Shown here one piece after another: positions 1 to 15,000 of a stretch of 64,000 bases of DNA; position 1 is the first letter of the stretch, and each line of letters starts with the position of its first letter. The translations under genes and the position numbers were made by a program. The notes under the pieces were generated by a model. That model saw only the letters and a program-made list of their open reading frames with translations, was not told the origin of the DNA and searched no databases. The DNA comes from Schizochytrium sp. TIO01 (Eukaryota; Protista; Bigyra: Labyrinthulomycetes): NCBI GenBank assembly GCA_004764695.1, contig SMSO01000025.1:1488001-1552000 (forward strand), read 5' to 3'.

Positions 1-3000
1 CGTTAAACGCGGATTCTTGACTGACAGCACTGGATTCAAGTGTCTCGATATCTTCTAGCGATTGTATATCTCCTCCCTTAATACGAAGCTCTCCAGCAAG
101 ACCATTTGTAGAAGACCCAGACTCTAATAAGAGATCCCCACCTTCTACACCTTCGCCGGCATTAATTGTGACAGATCCGCCCGTACTAAGGGCACTAGAG
201 CCTGCCTCTATAGACATAGAGCCACCTATGCTCGAGACACCAGTTGCACCTCCAGCGAGAAGACTAAAGGAGCCGCCATCTGATCGTCTACTAGAACTAG
301 ATCCAGCAGAGAGCCCAATGGATCCTCCGACACCCCCAGCTCCAGCAGCAATTTTCAGGTGACCTGCACTTCCACCTGATGGCGAGTCTCCAGCGAGAAT
401 CTGAATAGAACCGCTCTGAGACGTTGATTCACCTGCTTCCACGGTGATATTTCCAGAATCGCCACCGGTTGATTGACCTGTACGGAAAACCATACTCCCT
501 GAAGAACCACGAGCCGTACCAGTGGTTAGAGTCACTTTACCAGATAAAGATCCTGATGCATCACCAGTAGCAATTTGCAAATCTCCTGTGCTTGCTGATG
601 CAGATGTGCTAAGGAGAGCCGCACCAGATTGACCTTCATCAGCAGTGCTTTTACCTGAAGAAAGTACTAAATTACCGCCAACCCCGGTGTCAGCAGTAGA
701 AATACCACCTAAAAGAGAAACAGATCCGCTATTCCGACCAGACTGACCAGCCTTAATCTCTACATCTCCAGCCTGACCCACGGAGTCTCCAGAGTACAAT
801 GAAAGCTTTCCAGAAGCTCCAGAAGAAGACACCGAGCCAGAATGAACAATAACGTCACCACTGGCCAATCCAGCTGATGCTGCACTGGCCATTCTCAATT
901 GACCGGACGTATCAGACGAACTGCCTCCCGTTTCAATAACCACAGATCCTCCTAATGAACTGGCACTAGTTGTGTTTCCAGCTTTAATTGTGAGGGATCC
1001 TCCATCACCAGTGTTCGTACCTCCAGCAATTATATTGATGGAGCCCGCCTTGCCCCCTGAAGCCACGCCTGTAGCAAGGCTCAAATCTCCGGCTTTGCCT
1101 TCAATTGCTTTTCCAGTCGCAATTTCAATCGCACCTGAGCCTCCAACATTTTCAGTCGCAGCATTATAATAGTCCCCTGCATCAGCAGTGGAAATTCGCA
1201 ATGAGCCACTTACATCTGAGGAATCGACACCAATGGTAAAGCGCTTATGGATCACTTGGAGTGCGCCGACTAAATCAAGTGTGACAGCTTGCTTGTTTAC
1301 CTCGTGAAAATCTGCAATTGAGAAGTTCTTTTCCGGAAACGTAAGATTTTCAATAATGTTGACATACTCTGGGAATACGGTCTCAAGTTCCTGGGCGATT
1401 ACACCACGAACAACAGCGGCTTCTCCAAGTCCTCGAATAGCTCGCCATTGAGCTGTGTACTCATATTGTCGAAGTTCAATATTTTGCAAGCGGTGATATA
1501 CAGTTGCCATATCAGCATCAACAATGTTTTGTTTGATTCGTTGATCTGACGGATACATGATTGCAGTCGTCTGAATCGGGACATGCGAGTAGATTTCATC
1601 TTGGCGAACCCGAAATGTGATGTTGCCGTGAACCATGTTTTCAGTATTACCAATAGTAAATTCAGACTCCAGATTGGTGAATTCCATCCGAACGTCATTA
1701 CCAGGTTCGAAGACAATATCTTCACCTTCACTTGAGTTCAGACGAATACTACCATTACTAGATACTTCAATGCGAGGCTCAAATGACGCGTCCTGGATAG
1801 TAACCATGCTATTTTCATTATCCCCTGGACTGAGCACAATAGAACCACCAGATTTTCCGGTTCCAGCACGGAGTTCGATATCACCTGTATGACCACCAGC
1901 TGATGAACCTGTGCTGAGTATAATTGAGCCACTTGCTTTCACCGCAGATCCAGTTCTGAGCTCTAAGTCACCCGAACTCGAGCCGGAACTCCTGCCGGAA
2001 AACAACCGCAGTGCACCAGTCTTACCACTGTTCATAGCAGAAGACACCTCAATTGAGCCAGAGCTCTGAGGACCAGCACCAGATATAAGAGTAACCATAC
2101 CGCCCTCGCCCTCTTCAGAAATACCACCTTGCGCGAGAAGGTCGCCACCACTCGACAGTCCAGAGCCTTTGCCTGCATTCAACATGATATTGCCTCCAAG
2201 AGAAGAATAAAGACCATCACCAGCAGAGATGGATACGTTTCCCGGTTGCAATCCAGTTCCCGCAACAAGGTCTACATTTCCAGCTTTGCCCTCAGGAGAC
2301 TTACCACTGCTAATTCGAACTGACCCAGCAGAACCAGAGTCAGATGAACCCGAGCTGATAGTGATGTCTCCTGCCCGCTCTTCACCGTGGCCAGATTCTA
2401 AAGTAATTGACCCAGCCACACCTTCACTCTCACCAGTTTTAATCAAAGCAGAGCCCGACTCAGCTGAAGAAACCTTGGTGAAAATCGACACGTCACCGGA
2501 GCTCCCACCGGACGAGCTAGTACCGCTTGAAAGGCGTATACTACCTCCAAGAAGACCAGATATTGAATTGCCACCTTCAATCTGAATATCTCCACCATTA
2601 GAATCGCGAGAAGTTCCACCTGTCAGAGATATGGAACCTCCCATCGCTGCACTGCTCTCTCCGCCTCGTACATGGACGTTGCCGCCAAGACCAAGGTCAC
2701 TTTCTCCGCCCGACATTCGTAGCTCGCCGCCTGCAGTTTTGCCCGACCCACCGAACAATTGAACATCACCTCCTTGTTTCTGGCGGGAAAGCCCCCCTTG
2801 CAGACGAACCTGAGAGCCTACGCTATCACTTGCACCTGAAATGATCGCAATCTCACCTGCAGAAGCGCTCTTGGTATCACCTGAGGTAATCACTACGTCC
2901 CCACTTGATCCATATAATGAGTCTCCGGAAGCAATGCGCACACGACCTGAATTAGGGCTGTCAGAGGTAGCTTTGGCAGACCCAACGCTGACCGAAGCTG

Positions 3001-6000
3001 TTTTTGTTGAATCTTCCGAGGAACCCACTGTGAAGTGAGAATGTTGTTCCTGTAGGGCAGCAAGAATATCAATGATAAAAGCAACCTTATCGATCACATG
3101 AAAATCATCATACCAAACTCCTTGTTCTGGAACCCCCCACGCTTTGACAGAAACATACTCCGGGAAAACCTCCTGCAAGTCTTGCGCGATGACTCCACGC
3201 ACAAAACTTCCATCGTGTCGGCGTATCTTCGCCCACTCTTCAGTGTATCGGTATTTCCGAACTTCCACTTGTTGCAATCGTTGTAAGATCTCGTTTTTAT
3301 CAATACTTTGAATGTCACGTTTAATTCGACGATCTGATGAACTTTGAGTACTTGGAGTATGAAGTGGCACATGAGAATCAACCTCGTCATCCTCGATACG
3401 AAACAAAGTCTCATTTGCGGAGGACGACCAGAATCGTGTTCCAGATGTTGACCGGGCTTGAAAGTCAAGAATTCCGTCAGATGTGACATTAATGTCAGCA
3501 CCTTGTGCAGACATGAGCTGAAGCTTGCCATCATCAAATACAGTTACCACACTTTCTCCTCCCGAAGTTTGCATTTGGACTAACGAGTCTACTCCACCTG
3601 AAGAGAGGCTTACATTTCCACCAGAACCACTTGATGCAAGTCCACCTTTCAAATAAACGGACCCGCTTGCAGTATCAGCAGTACCACCAATAAGAACAAC
3701 ATCACCTCCAGTTGTAGCCGATCTGCCCGCGGATAATGTTACATCCCCACCTATAGATCCTGCACTTCTTCCTACCAGGATGTCAATAGACCCGGCTTTA
3801 TCAGCACCTGCCTCTGAAGTTTCAATCTGAATCTTGCCAGTATTTCCACCATATCCAGTACTAATAACGACATCACCTGATGTTTGCATGATACTCGAGC
3901 TAGCATCTCCAGATTGAACATACACCTGACCACTTGCTCCCAATGAGGAAGTGGCAGATGAAACCGAGACAGAACCGGAGGCACTCGTTCCTTCTCCAGA
4001 TGACAACGCAACCGACCCGCCAAAGCTATTCTCGGCAATACTGTCACCACCAGAAATATTGACAGTTGCACCATCCAGGGATTCAGCACTAGTACCAGGC
4101 TGAATAAATACGTTTCCAGCATTGCCCGCAGCTCCAGAGCCCAGAAGTATATTTCCAGACACGCCAGATGGAGCAATTCCGGAGGAAATGTTAACAAATC
4201 CAGATGTGGCACCTGGCGCTGCTGCTGATGCCAGACTTGCCGTGCCAGTGACACCCCCAGGAACAACAGAACCACTAAGAAGGTTCAGATTTCCTCCCAG
4301 AGTTCGTGCATCACCCGCAATGATATCAATGTTTCCGCCAGACATGTCCGAAGAGTTCCCAACACTGAGAGTAATGCCCCCGGCACTGCCACTGGTCGAC
4401 GAAGCTCCAGTGCTAAGTAAAATTGACCCTGATGAACCACTGATAGCCTTACCAGTAGTAATAGAAATGATTCCGGAATCTCCTTGGATAGTGTTTGCAG
4501 AAGAAACACGGACGGATCCCGAGTTTCCAGAAGCAATTGCAGAGCCACCCTGGAGGTTGACATTACCACCTGTACCAGAGGATGTTGAACTCGAGCCAGC
4601 CTTAATTATTACATCACCACCTAGCGCAGAGCTACTTTCTCCAACCTGAAGAATAAGAGAACCGGCTTGCCTGCCACCTCCTGCATTACCAGTTGAAAGG
4701 GTGACATTGCCACTATCTCCAGAACCAGCGACACCAGACCCAAGTAGCACACTTCCACTCGCTCCAGCAACAGAGCTACTCGTCATTATGTCTACGCCGC
4801 CACTAGAAGAACTGGAAGACGCTCCACTACGCAAGGAAAGAGATCCACCAGTCAGAACCGAGGAGCTACCGGCACTTAAGTATACTGAGGCGCCACTAGC
4901 AGTTTCTGAGAGCGATGCTCCTGCATGAATGTCTATATCACCAGCTGAACCAAGACTTGAATTTCCGCTAGAAATCTGAATATCTCCTGACCTTGCTTCA
5001 TTCTGTGAAACTGCACCTGATACCAGGGATATCATTCCTGATGCAACCCCAGAAGAATTTGTACTTACAAAAATAGACCCACTACGCGCAGACTCTGCAC
5101 CACCACCGGAGGTGAGGTAAATATTACCGCCCGAGTTACCAACAGAGGCTGTTGCGCCGGATGTGATTTTCACATCACCGCCATCACTACTTTGTGCGAG
5201 GCCCACTTTGAGTTCAAGGTTCCCAGGTACACCTGCACTAGAAGATCCAGTGGTCAAAAAGATACCACCACTTGAGCCGTCTCCGCTAGATCCAGTAGAA
5301 ACTAGAATGCTCCCAGAGTCTCCACGAGGAGAGAAACCTGTTTGAATGGAGACCGCACCAGAAGAGCCAGGTGCACCACCCTCCGCTGAAGCAATATTAA
5401 CTGTACCGCTGTTGCCTTCAGAAGCATAACCGGAATATATTGAAACTTGGCCACCAGTGACATCGTCAGCGTTAGATGTAGTATTACCAGCAAATAAGGA
5501 AACATTTCCCCCACTACCAGTGGATGCGACACCAACACCAATATCAATGCTACCTGCAGAACCGCGAGAAGAGTCTCCGGTTCTCAAGGAAATAAAACCA
5601 GTGTCTCCAAAGGAAGCTGTGCCTGTCTGCAAGGTAATAGCACCTGACACGCCATCGGTACCTGCATTAGGAGTATTGATTGAAACATTTCCACTTGACG
5701 TTGCCTGGCTTGAACCACTCTCTAACAATACTGATCCACCAGGTCCAGCCACGGAGCCAACCTGTGCACCAGCAGAAATGCTTAATGAGCCGCCCACGCC
5801 AGAATGTCCTTCGCCCACACTAATCTTTACATCGCCGGCACTTCCACGACGGGAATTACCAGATCCAATTGAAACTGATCCAGAGCCTCCATTACTTGCA
5901 TAGCCCGAAGTAAGATTCAAAGATCCAGACGATACACCATAAGATGAAGCAATCACAACATCTCCCGAAGTCAAAGATCCTTCACCGGACAATATTCTCA

Positions 6001-9000
6001 CTGCGCCACCGACACTGCTTTCTTTGGTTGCATTACCACCAGCAATAAGAACACCAGCACCTGTGGCTGCGTTCATTGATTTACCAGGAACAATGTGGAT
6101 ATCCCCTGCTTGTCCAGAAAGAGCATCTCCAGTACTGAGAAAGATGCTGCCAGACATTCCAGACGAGGAATCCCCAGTTGCGAGTGTTAAGAGTCCTGAG
6201 GTTCGACTGGATGCTCCTGTCTGAATCACAATATTACCGCTCTTTGATTCAGAGCTTGACCCTGACTGAACGGTGATATTGCCCCCTAAAGACCTACGGG
6301 AATGTCCAGAAATGATATCAACATTTCCGCCACGAGAGGTGGTCAGACTAGATCCTACAGAAAAGCCTGCGCCTAAATAAAGGTCACCTCCTCCGTCCTC
6401 TCCAGAGCCAGCAGTAACATTGAGGGAGCCACCTTTACCATCAGCAGATGAACCTGATTCTAGCAGAATCTCTCCTCCCTGGCTAGATCCACTTGACCCA
6501 ACAACCAATGAAATAGAACCAGAAGAACCTTCTGTAGACGAACCTGACTGAATATTGACATCTCCACCATTTCCGTAATTTGCTGCGCCACTTGAGATCT
6601 CAACACCTCCACCATTGTGATCTGACGTAGCATCTCCAACAGAAATTACAATACCGCCCGAGGAACCTCTTCGGCCAGCACTAGGAGTAGTGAGAAGGAT
6701 CTGACCGCTTGAAGACATGGTTGATCCTCCAGAAGTAATTTGAATACCGCCGCCTGTTCTTGATAAGGAAGCTGTGTCTGAAATCTGTTGGCCAGCAACC
6801 ATCATGATCCCAGATGCCTCCCCCGACGCAGAGCTTCCTACGTAGAGATTGATCGAGCCAGATTTCTTCCCAAATGAATCCCCAGTGGAAAACTTCAAAT
6901 CGCCTGTGTTACCTTGCCCAGAGCCAGAATGAATAGAGACAGACCCGGTTCCTCCTACTGTAGTGCTACCACTTCCAGCAGATGCGATCAACACATCCCC
7001 AGATTGTCCAGACAGAGTTTTAGATACTCCAGATTCAATACTGACGCCACCTCCGGATTTGGAGGCGCTTGACCCAGCGTTAATAGATACAGACCCACCA
7101 AGATCTGCACTGGATCCAACGCTTAAGGTGATCCCACCAGCAGATGCACCCAAAGCATCGCCTGTAATTAACTCGATAGCACCAGAGGAGGCTTCATTAC
7201 TTGCGCCTGTTGTCAAAGATACAAAGCCAGAGCTCATTTCGGCATGGGCAGTATCTAGAGTTAAAGAACCAGAAGATAAACCGCTGCTGGACCCAGTCAA
7301 GAGAGAAATAGATCCACCCGGACGAGCACCCATAGCAGATCCAGCTTGGATTTGCACGTTTCCGCCGCCGATGGAAGTACTTGATCGCACTGACTCGTCG
7401 TTACCAGCTCGGATTGACACGCTTCCACCACCTCCTTGGATCTGACCAGAACTCACCCCACTTCCAGCAGCAAGGGTCAGATTACCTCCTGTCACCGACC
7501 CAGTTGAATTTCCAGCAGTAATATTCACACTTCCACCTGAGACAGCCCTTCCTGCCACGAGCTCGACAGAGCCACTTGAACCATCTGAGGATTGACCTGT
7601 AACGGCACTAAAGCTGCCAGAACCAGCAACGGCATCAGAAGTGGATAAAGAAATACCACCAGAAGAGTGTGAACTGCCAGCAGATGATGTTTTAATGTTC
7701 ACAGACCCACTGTCACCATTGCCGCTAGAACCTGAAACCAAGCTGATTGATCCACCGGTAGACTTCCCGGAGTTACCAGCTTGAACAGATACTGAGCTTC
7801 CAGCACCACTTTCAGAAGTACCAGCCTCCAAGGAGATACCTCCAGATTGCGTCAAGCTAGAACCTGTACGAATGTAGATTGCGCCACCAAGACCAGAGTT
7901 AGACATACCAGTTCCAAGATAAATGTCACCACTTGATCCGGTAGAACTAGGTAAGTATGATGCAGTTGAGATGTTGATAGCTCCGCTAACTCCAGATCGA
8001 CTGCTACCAGAGAAAAGCTGAATGTGACCACCTGTACTGGATGTATCTGTCGTGCCACCTGCCTGAAGAGCAACGTTTCCACCAGGACCCTCAGAAGAAC
8101 TACCAACTATAAGCGAAATGTATCCAGCCACTCCATCAGCGCTTGAAGAACCAGTCTCAAGCTTGATGGAGCCAGTATCTCCACGCGCGGCATCTCCAGT
8201 CAAAAGTGACATGCTTCCACTATTACCGACCAGACCTGGCTCCACTGTACTAATTAAAATATGCCCACTACTTGATCGCAAGCTCCCGCCAGACGAAATA
8301 ATGACACTTCCACCAGTCTCAGAAGCGCCATCACTATAACCGGCCGCCATGGTGAGGTTTGCACCAACTTCCCCTTTACTTGCACCAACATGAATATTGA
8401 TTTCACCAGCAACACCAGAACTCGTCACAGCACCAGTATATATTCCAACTGAACCAGTACCACCATATGTAGTGCCACCTTCTCCTGTGGAAAGGCTTAT
8501 AGTGCCGCTTGAGCCGTACGTCCCTCCTGCTTGGGTGGAAATAGAAACATTTCCGCTTGTCCCAACGACACTAGAGCCGCCTTGAATAAAAACGCTTGAT
8601 GCTACACCACTTGAGACAGACCCAGCTGTGATAGAAACGATACCAGATGTGCTCTCACTTGCGCTAAGCCCTTTCCCTGGCTCTATAAATATACCACCGC
8701 TTTGTCCAGATGTTGACGCACCAGTTTTCAAGTGCAGGGAGCCACTGCCGATAGAGTTGCCTTCTCCAGTAGAGAGAAGGATCTCGCCGCTTTGCCCCGC
8801 AGATCCTCCTGCAGCCGTGACGAGCTTCACAGTACCACTGTTTGATCCTGAGCTAGCTCCTGATACTATTTCTACGTCTCCACCTGGAGATGATGAACTA
8901 GTGTTTCCAGCTGCAATGTACACTTGACCACCTTGTCCAGAGTCCCCTGGACCAACAGCAAGGCGAATCTCTCCGCCATGACCAGAAAATGCAGTTCCAG

Positions 9001-12000
9001 TAGATAGCTGGATCCCCCCAGAGTTACCCTTCGGTACTATTTCCGGTGCTCAAATAGATGCCGCCACTCATTCCGCCAGAAGTTCCACCCTGCATCGTTT
9101 CAATGCGAATCATGCCGCTGGTCGTGGAAGCACTTCTACCTGCTTTGACTATGACATCACCGCCGGTATAGCTCGTAGAATTACCACCAAGAATATAAGC
9201 AGAACCACCAGATGATAAACCAAAAGTTGAACCTACTGAGATAGTGATACTTCCAGCACGAGCGTCGGAGTCACCACTATGAATCAATACGTTGCCTGAA
9301 GTTGCTCCGGCATAGGATGCATAATTGGATCCAAGTGTTACATTTCCACTACCAGTACGACCAGTACCAGATGTTATGTTCACATCGCCACCCTTGCGAA
9401 GCTTAGAGAGCCCTCCAAACATAGTTACATTTCCACCGTCGCGTGTTGAAGATATACCACCTTGAAGAGACACAGACCCACCATCTGCAGCAGCTTCGCC
9501 AGCCTGGATCCGAATTTCACCCGATTTGCCTGCGGGAGACGCAGAAGTCTCGACTACGACACGACCAGATGATCCATCAGTTGCGCCGGCGATTCCGGTT
9601 GATAATCGAATCTCTCCACTGTCTCCACTTACACCGCTCGCCGCAGTTGTGATCATTACACTTCCACTTGTGCTTTGAGAGCTTGCTCCCGATGCAATGG
9701 TGACGTCCCCGCCTTTAGCCAAAGATGATGAACCTGCACCAATATGAACAGTGCCACCAACCTCCGCTGACCCATCGCCCACACTCAAGACGAGGTTGCC
9801 AGCCTTACCACCAGACGATGCACCTGTCTGAAGACTGACCGACCCTGAGTCTCCTAGCAGGGTTGCACCAGTAGATAGCATTATTGATCCGGAATCTCCA
9901 TCTCGAAGCGCGCTTGCCGACTTCAAAGAAATAAACCCACTCGCAGACTCCAAGCTTGCACCGGTTTCAATTGAAAATGAACCACCAGCCGAGTCACCAG
10001 ACTTAACTGAACCTGCAGAGAGTCTGATGGAACCTCCGGGAGCGTCATCGCTATCTCCAATAGAGACCACAACATCCCCAGCAGGCCCATCATCAGAAGA
10101 ACCCGTAGAAAGTTGGATTGTTCCAGTCCCTCCAGTTGATGACATACCTGTGGCTAAGTTGATACCACCCGAGCCGGCACCAGGAGCGGAGCCGGCATCC
10201 TTTGTTTGAATTGAAATATCACCACTACTTGAGCGGCCACTCATTCCGCTGGTAATTTTTATGCTTCCACCTTGCTCAGCTTGGGCACCATTTCCAGTAT
10301 TTCCAGCGGAAATTACAATGTTACCAGCACTGCCCAAACTAGTTTCACCAGCAAGGAGTGAAACATCACCGGCGCCAGTACTCCCAGAACCACTCTGAAT
10401 AATGACAGAACCAGAGGCACCAGCTGAGGAATTGCCCGAGTTTATTGCAACAGGTCCGGATGTACCAAGAGCTTTTCCTGTTTGTAGCATAAGAGAACCA
10501 CTTTGAAGTTTAGTAGAATCTCCAGATGTGATATAGATCCCTCCACCGTTGCCATCCGTACTTCCGCCACCTTGAAAGAAAAGTTGGCCTCCATGAGCAG
10601 AACCGCCGTTACTCGTGCCTGCAGAAAGAACAATTGATCCGCTTGAACCCTTTGCAGAACTTGCTGTTTTCAGAATCAGATCACCCGAAGAACCACCTGA
10701 TGCACCAGGGAAGCCAGTATGCAAACTAATAGATCCACTATTGGCTGAAGAAGCATCGGCATCGGCAGAGGTGATATTGATCTGCCCAGTCGATTGGTAA
10801 GCACTTCGACCAGATTTAATTGAAACACTACCTCCATCCCCTCCTGATGAATACCCAGCTGAGACAGTAACATCACCACCCTTACCCGAGTCACCGGCGC
10901 CGGCAATCACAGAGATAGACCCTCCACTACCTTCAGACGCAGAACCCGTGCTCAATATAAGATTACCCGAGTTGCCCTCGTTTGATGCGCCTGAGGCAAT
11001 TGTAATATTTCCAGTACGTTTACCAGTGTTTGTGTTTGCATCACTAGAACGAATGACAACATTTCCCGTATCAGAAAATGTTGAACTTCCAGAAACAACT
11101 TCGACGCTGCCTCCTCGACCTCTACGTGCTGAACCAGCTGAAATCGACACAACGCCACCACTGCTCGAAGTACTTGAGGCGTGCGTAGAGCCAGCTGTGA
11201 TATTAACAGAGCCACCATCACCATAAACTGCATCTGCAGCTGTAACAGCGTCACCTGCGTCTAATAGTAAGGACCCACCTGAGGACATACGCGAACTGCC
11301 TGCCGTCACTGAAACATTAGCACCGCGCCCTGCACGCGTTGTACCTGCAGATAAAATTATGGCTCCAGCAATATCCGAAGAACTTGTGGATGTCACAGAA
11401 CCAGTTTCCAGTCGAAGGGAGCCAGAGGCGTCGCTTGAAGAATTGCCTGTAGACAAAGTTACGTTACCACTCTGACCTGCGGAAGATGCAGGTGTTTGGA
11501 TATAAATCCCACCGCTTTCAGCCAATGAGCTATGGCCCGACACGATTTTGATGTCACCTCCACCTCCTCGGGTCTGATTACCAGCCTCTAGAGTTAGACC
11601 TCCGCCTTTGCCGCTGTTTCCAGAGCCTACAATAAGCTTAAGTGAACCCCCGGCAGCATCTTCAGACGACCCTGATTGTAAGAAAAGAGATCCAGAGTTT
11701 CCATCGATGCTATCACCAGTTGCTAGTAGTATATCTCCACTCTGTCCAACAGATCCCGAGGCTGAGGCGGTCTTTATTTGAACGGGTCCACTTTGCCCAC
11801 TGTCGCTTCTACCGCTCTTAATGAAAACAGCTCCACCCTGAGAACTCATACCAATAGCATCGCCTGCTGCAAGAGAGATGTTCCCTGTTGCTTCACGACC
11901 CCCTGTGGTTGCCCCAACGGCGAGGAAGATCGATCCTGCAGATCCAGAGTCCGCCTTGCCTGTTTCAATAAGAATGTTTCCAGTTCCACCATGAGGTGAG

Positions 12001-15000
12001 GTGCCAGTGCTTAATTGAATAGCGCCAGAGTCACCTGAGACACCCCCCTTGTGAGTTTGGATACTGATCGAGCCACTGGTGGTTGATGCTGAAAAGCCAG
12101 AAACTAAAGACACAGAGCCGCCGGTTGTTCCTGAGGCGCTCGTAACATTCCCTGCATTAAGTCTAATGTCTCCACCTGGACCAGCCACTCCAGAACCAAC
12201 TTGAAGCTTGATTCCGCCACCTGCAGTCTGAGCAGACCCAGTAGTGAGGGCAATAGAACCAGACTCGCCCCGGGAAGCGACTCCTGTCTGAATATTAACT
12301 TTTCCAGAAACACCGCCAATATCCCCAGAGCCAGCATCTGAGGTCTTCAAGAGTATTCCACCACTCGAAGTCTGAGAAGAAGCTCCTGATGTGATCTTGA
12401 TAAAGCCTCCAGTACCTTCGCCCGTGGTCCTACCAGCTGTCAAAGTAATATTATTTCCCTGACGATCACTAAAGGAGGTACCAACAGATAAATTTATAGC
12501 GCCTGCTAGCCCATCATTACCATCAGCATCCCCAGTTTGTAGAGACACTTCTCCAGAGATGGAATCATGGGCAATTCCTGAAGTTATCATGATAGCTCCA
12601 CTGGAACCTGCTTCCCCAGCCTCTGCAGATGCGATTTGAATACTTCCACTTGTGGTATCTACAGACGCGCCACTCACAATCATTACAGAGCCACCCGTTG
12701 TCTCCTCTGCTGAGCCTCCATAGACGAGCACATCTCCGGACTCGCCATCGACAGTTTTACCTGGCCTTAAGACTATAGAGCCAACGTCCCCGGTTTGGGC
12801 CGAACCAGTTTGAATAGTAACTTCGCCTGTTATACCAGAGTCTGACGCGCCAGTACCAATCAAAACATCCCCAGTTGCTACAGAAGAGCTTCCCTCAACA
12901 TCGGCAGTTGTCAAATTGAGTTGTCCAGAATGGCCATACTTTGATGTCCCACTTTGAATAGCAATTGAGCCGCCGTGACCCTGCCCTGATGCATGGCCTG
13001 CCTTGATAGTAATATTGCCTCCACTCTTCAATGAACCTGCGGAGGCTCCTGACAAAAGAACTACGGATCCACCTTGCCCTTGCGCAGTGGAGGTACCATT
13101 GCCTGCTGCAAGGAACAAGTTACCGGCATGATGCGCTACGACTGTACTCATAGAGTTACCAGCGGTAATCTGCACATCTCCAGCATCTGCAACACCTGCA
13201 GAGCCCACCGCGAGAATGATACTTCCGGACTTTCCACTTTGAGATGTACCTGTTCGCAATTCTACAGCTCCGGAGGCTGCAGTCTCCGAAGCAGAGCCAG
13301 AGGAGATGCTAACTCGACCGCTCCCAACTTCCGAAGCTCCACGCGTACGAAGTTCGATTTCACCACTTGCACTCATAGCACTTGCGCCTGAAAGAATTCT
13401 TACCGCACCTCCAGTTTGGGCAGATTTTGAAGTGGCGTTACCGGCGATTAATGTGACATTTCCACCGCGTCCAGAATTGCCTGTTCCTACTTGGAACAAT
13501 ATAGCGCCACCTGCACCTTCACCCGCAGAGCCTGTACTGACTGAGAAAGAACCAGATGTTGCACTGTTAGAATTTCCGGTGGAGATTTCTACACTGCCAC
13601 TGGAGCTATCATCATTCGACGAATTTTGGGTGCGAATGTAAATGCTTCCACTGATACCGTCCTCAGATGAGCCAGTCAACAGAGAAATATCACCACCGAT
13701 ATCCCCGGTTGAATTTCCTGCTTGTAAGTCAATGCTGCCTCCTCGCCGTGCACCAGTACCAACCTGAATCGAGATACCACCTCCTGCTCCAGAGACCGAA
13801 GATCCTGTCTGAAACACCAGTTGACCTGAACTGGCCCCGACCGTGTTTCCGGTGGAGAGAGATATCACTCCGCTTGAAGAAGATGCTTGCGACGTTGATG
13901 CTGTAGCTAGAGATACATTGCCGCTTGGAGATTGCGACGAAGATCCACTTACAAGTCGAATGGATCCTCCTGTTTTTCCAGAAGCAGTCGTTGTGTTACC
14001 GGCAGAAATTTCGACATCTCCTCCGGGTCCAAGTTGTCCAGTACCAACTCCGATACGAATACCTCCAGACGTACCAGACACTGCATTCCCTGTGTTTAAT
14101 ATTATGTCCCCAGAGTCCCCACCAGTACTTCGGCCAGTGAAGATCTCTACAACGCCACTGGCGCCGTCAGATCCACTGCGAGCACTGAAGATAGTAACAT
14201 TTCCACTTGTACTCTGTGCGCTGTAGCCAGACCCCAAGATTAAATTGCCACCTGTTAAACCATAGCGAGAGGATGTATTTCCTGCTTTGAGAATAAGATC
14301 AGCACCTACACCGGACATAGAAGCACCGACCTCGATACCAATCTCCCCTGCCTTGCCATCCACACCATCGCCTGTCACTAAACTGATTGAACCTGCGTTG
14401 CCTGCTGTGGCGTTTCCAGTGGAAAGCAATATTGATCCTGATTCACCACCGGTAATCCCACCGGTTGGAGTACGAATGATGATCTCACCACTCGTTGTAC
14501 GTGCTGATGCTCCAGACTCCAGAATAATATTGCCGCCAGTAGCAAGGGACTTTTCATTTGCCAATGACGTACCGCCAGCTGAAAGCCAGATATTGCCTCC
14601 GGGCCCGGATCCTGCAGTTCCGACCAGGATGGAGACATTTCCGGTTGAACCTTCTAGCGCATCTCCTGTGTGCATAAGCAAGGAACCCGATGCACCATCA
14701 GTTGCAGAACCAGTAGATATGGTTAACTCCCCAGAAGTTCCATCGAGGCCTGCATCTGCAGTAGCCACGGTGATAGCACCACTTGAAGTAGCACCGCTCT
14801 GCCCACTGCGAATAGTAACGTTTCCACCTTTTGCAGTTTGAGCATCACCACCTAGAATCAAAACATGACCACCAGCCACAGTAGATTTGCTTTTTCCTTG
14901 AGCACGACCACCAGAAATCTTAATATCTCCACCGTCGCCATCGCCTACTTCGTTTGTGCTTAGGCCTGCACCGGCAGTAAGGACAATGTCACCACCTTGT

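Noticed and set aside
9000-9028. Intron starting at G|GTAACT as the explanation for the frame break
   Set aside because: The repeat register continues immediately in the +1 frame with no intervening non-coding sequence, pyrimidine tract or obvious acceptor.
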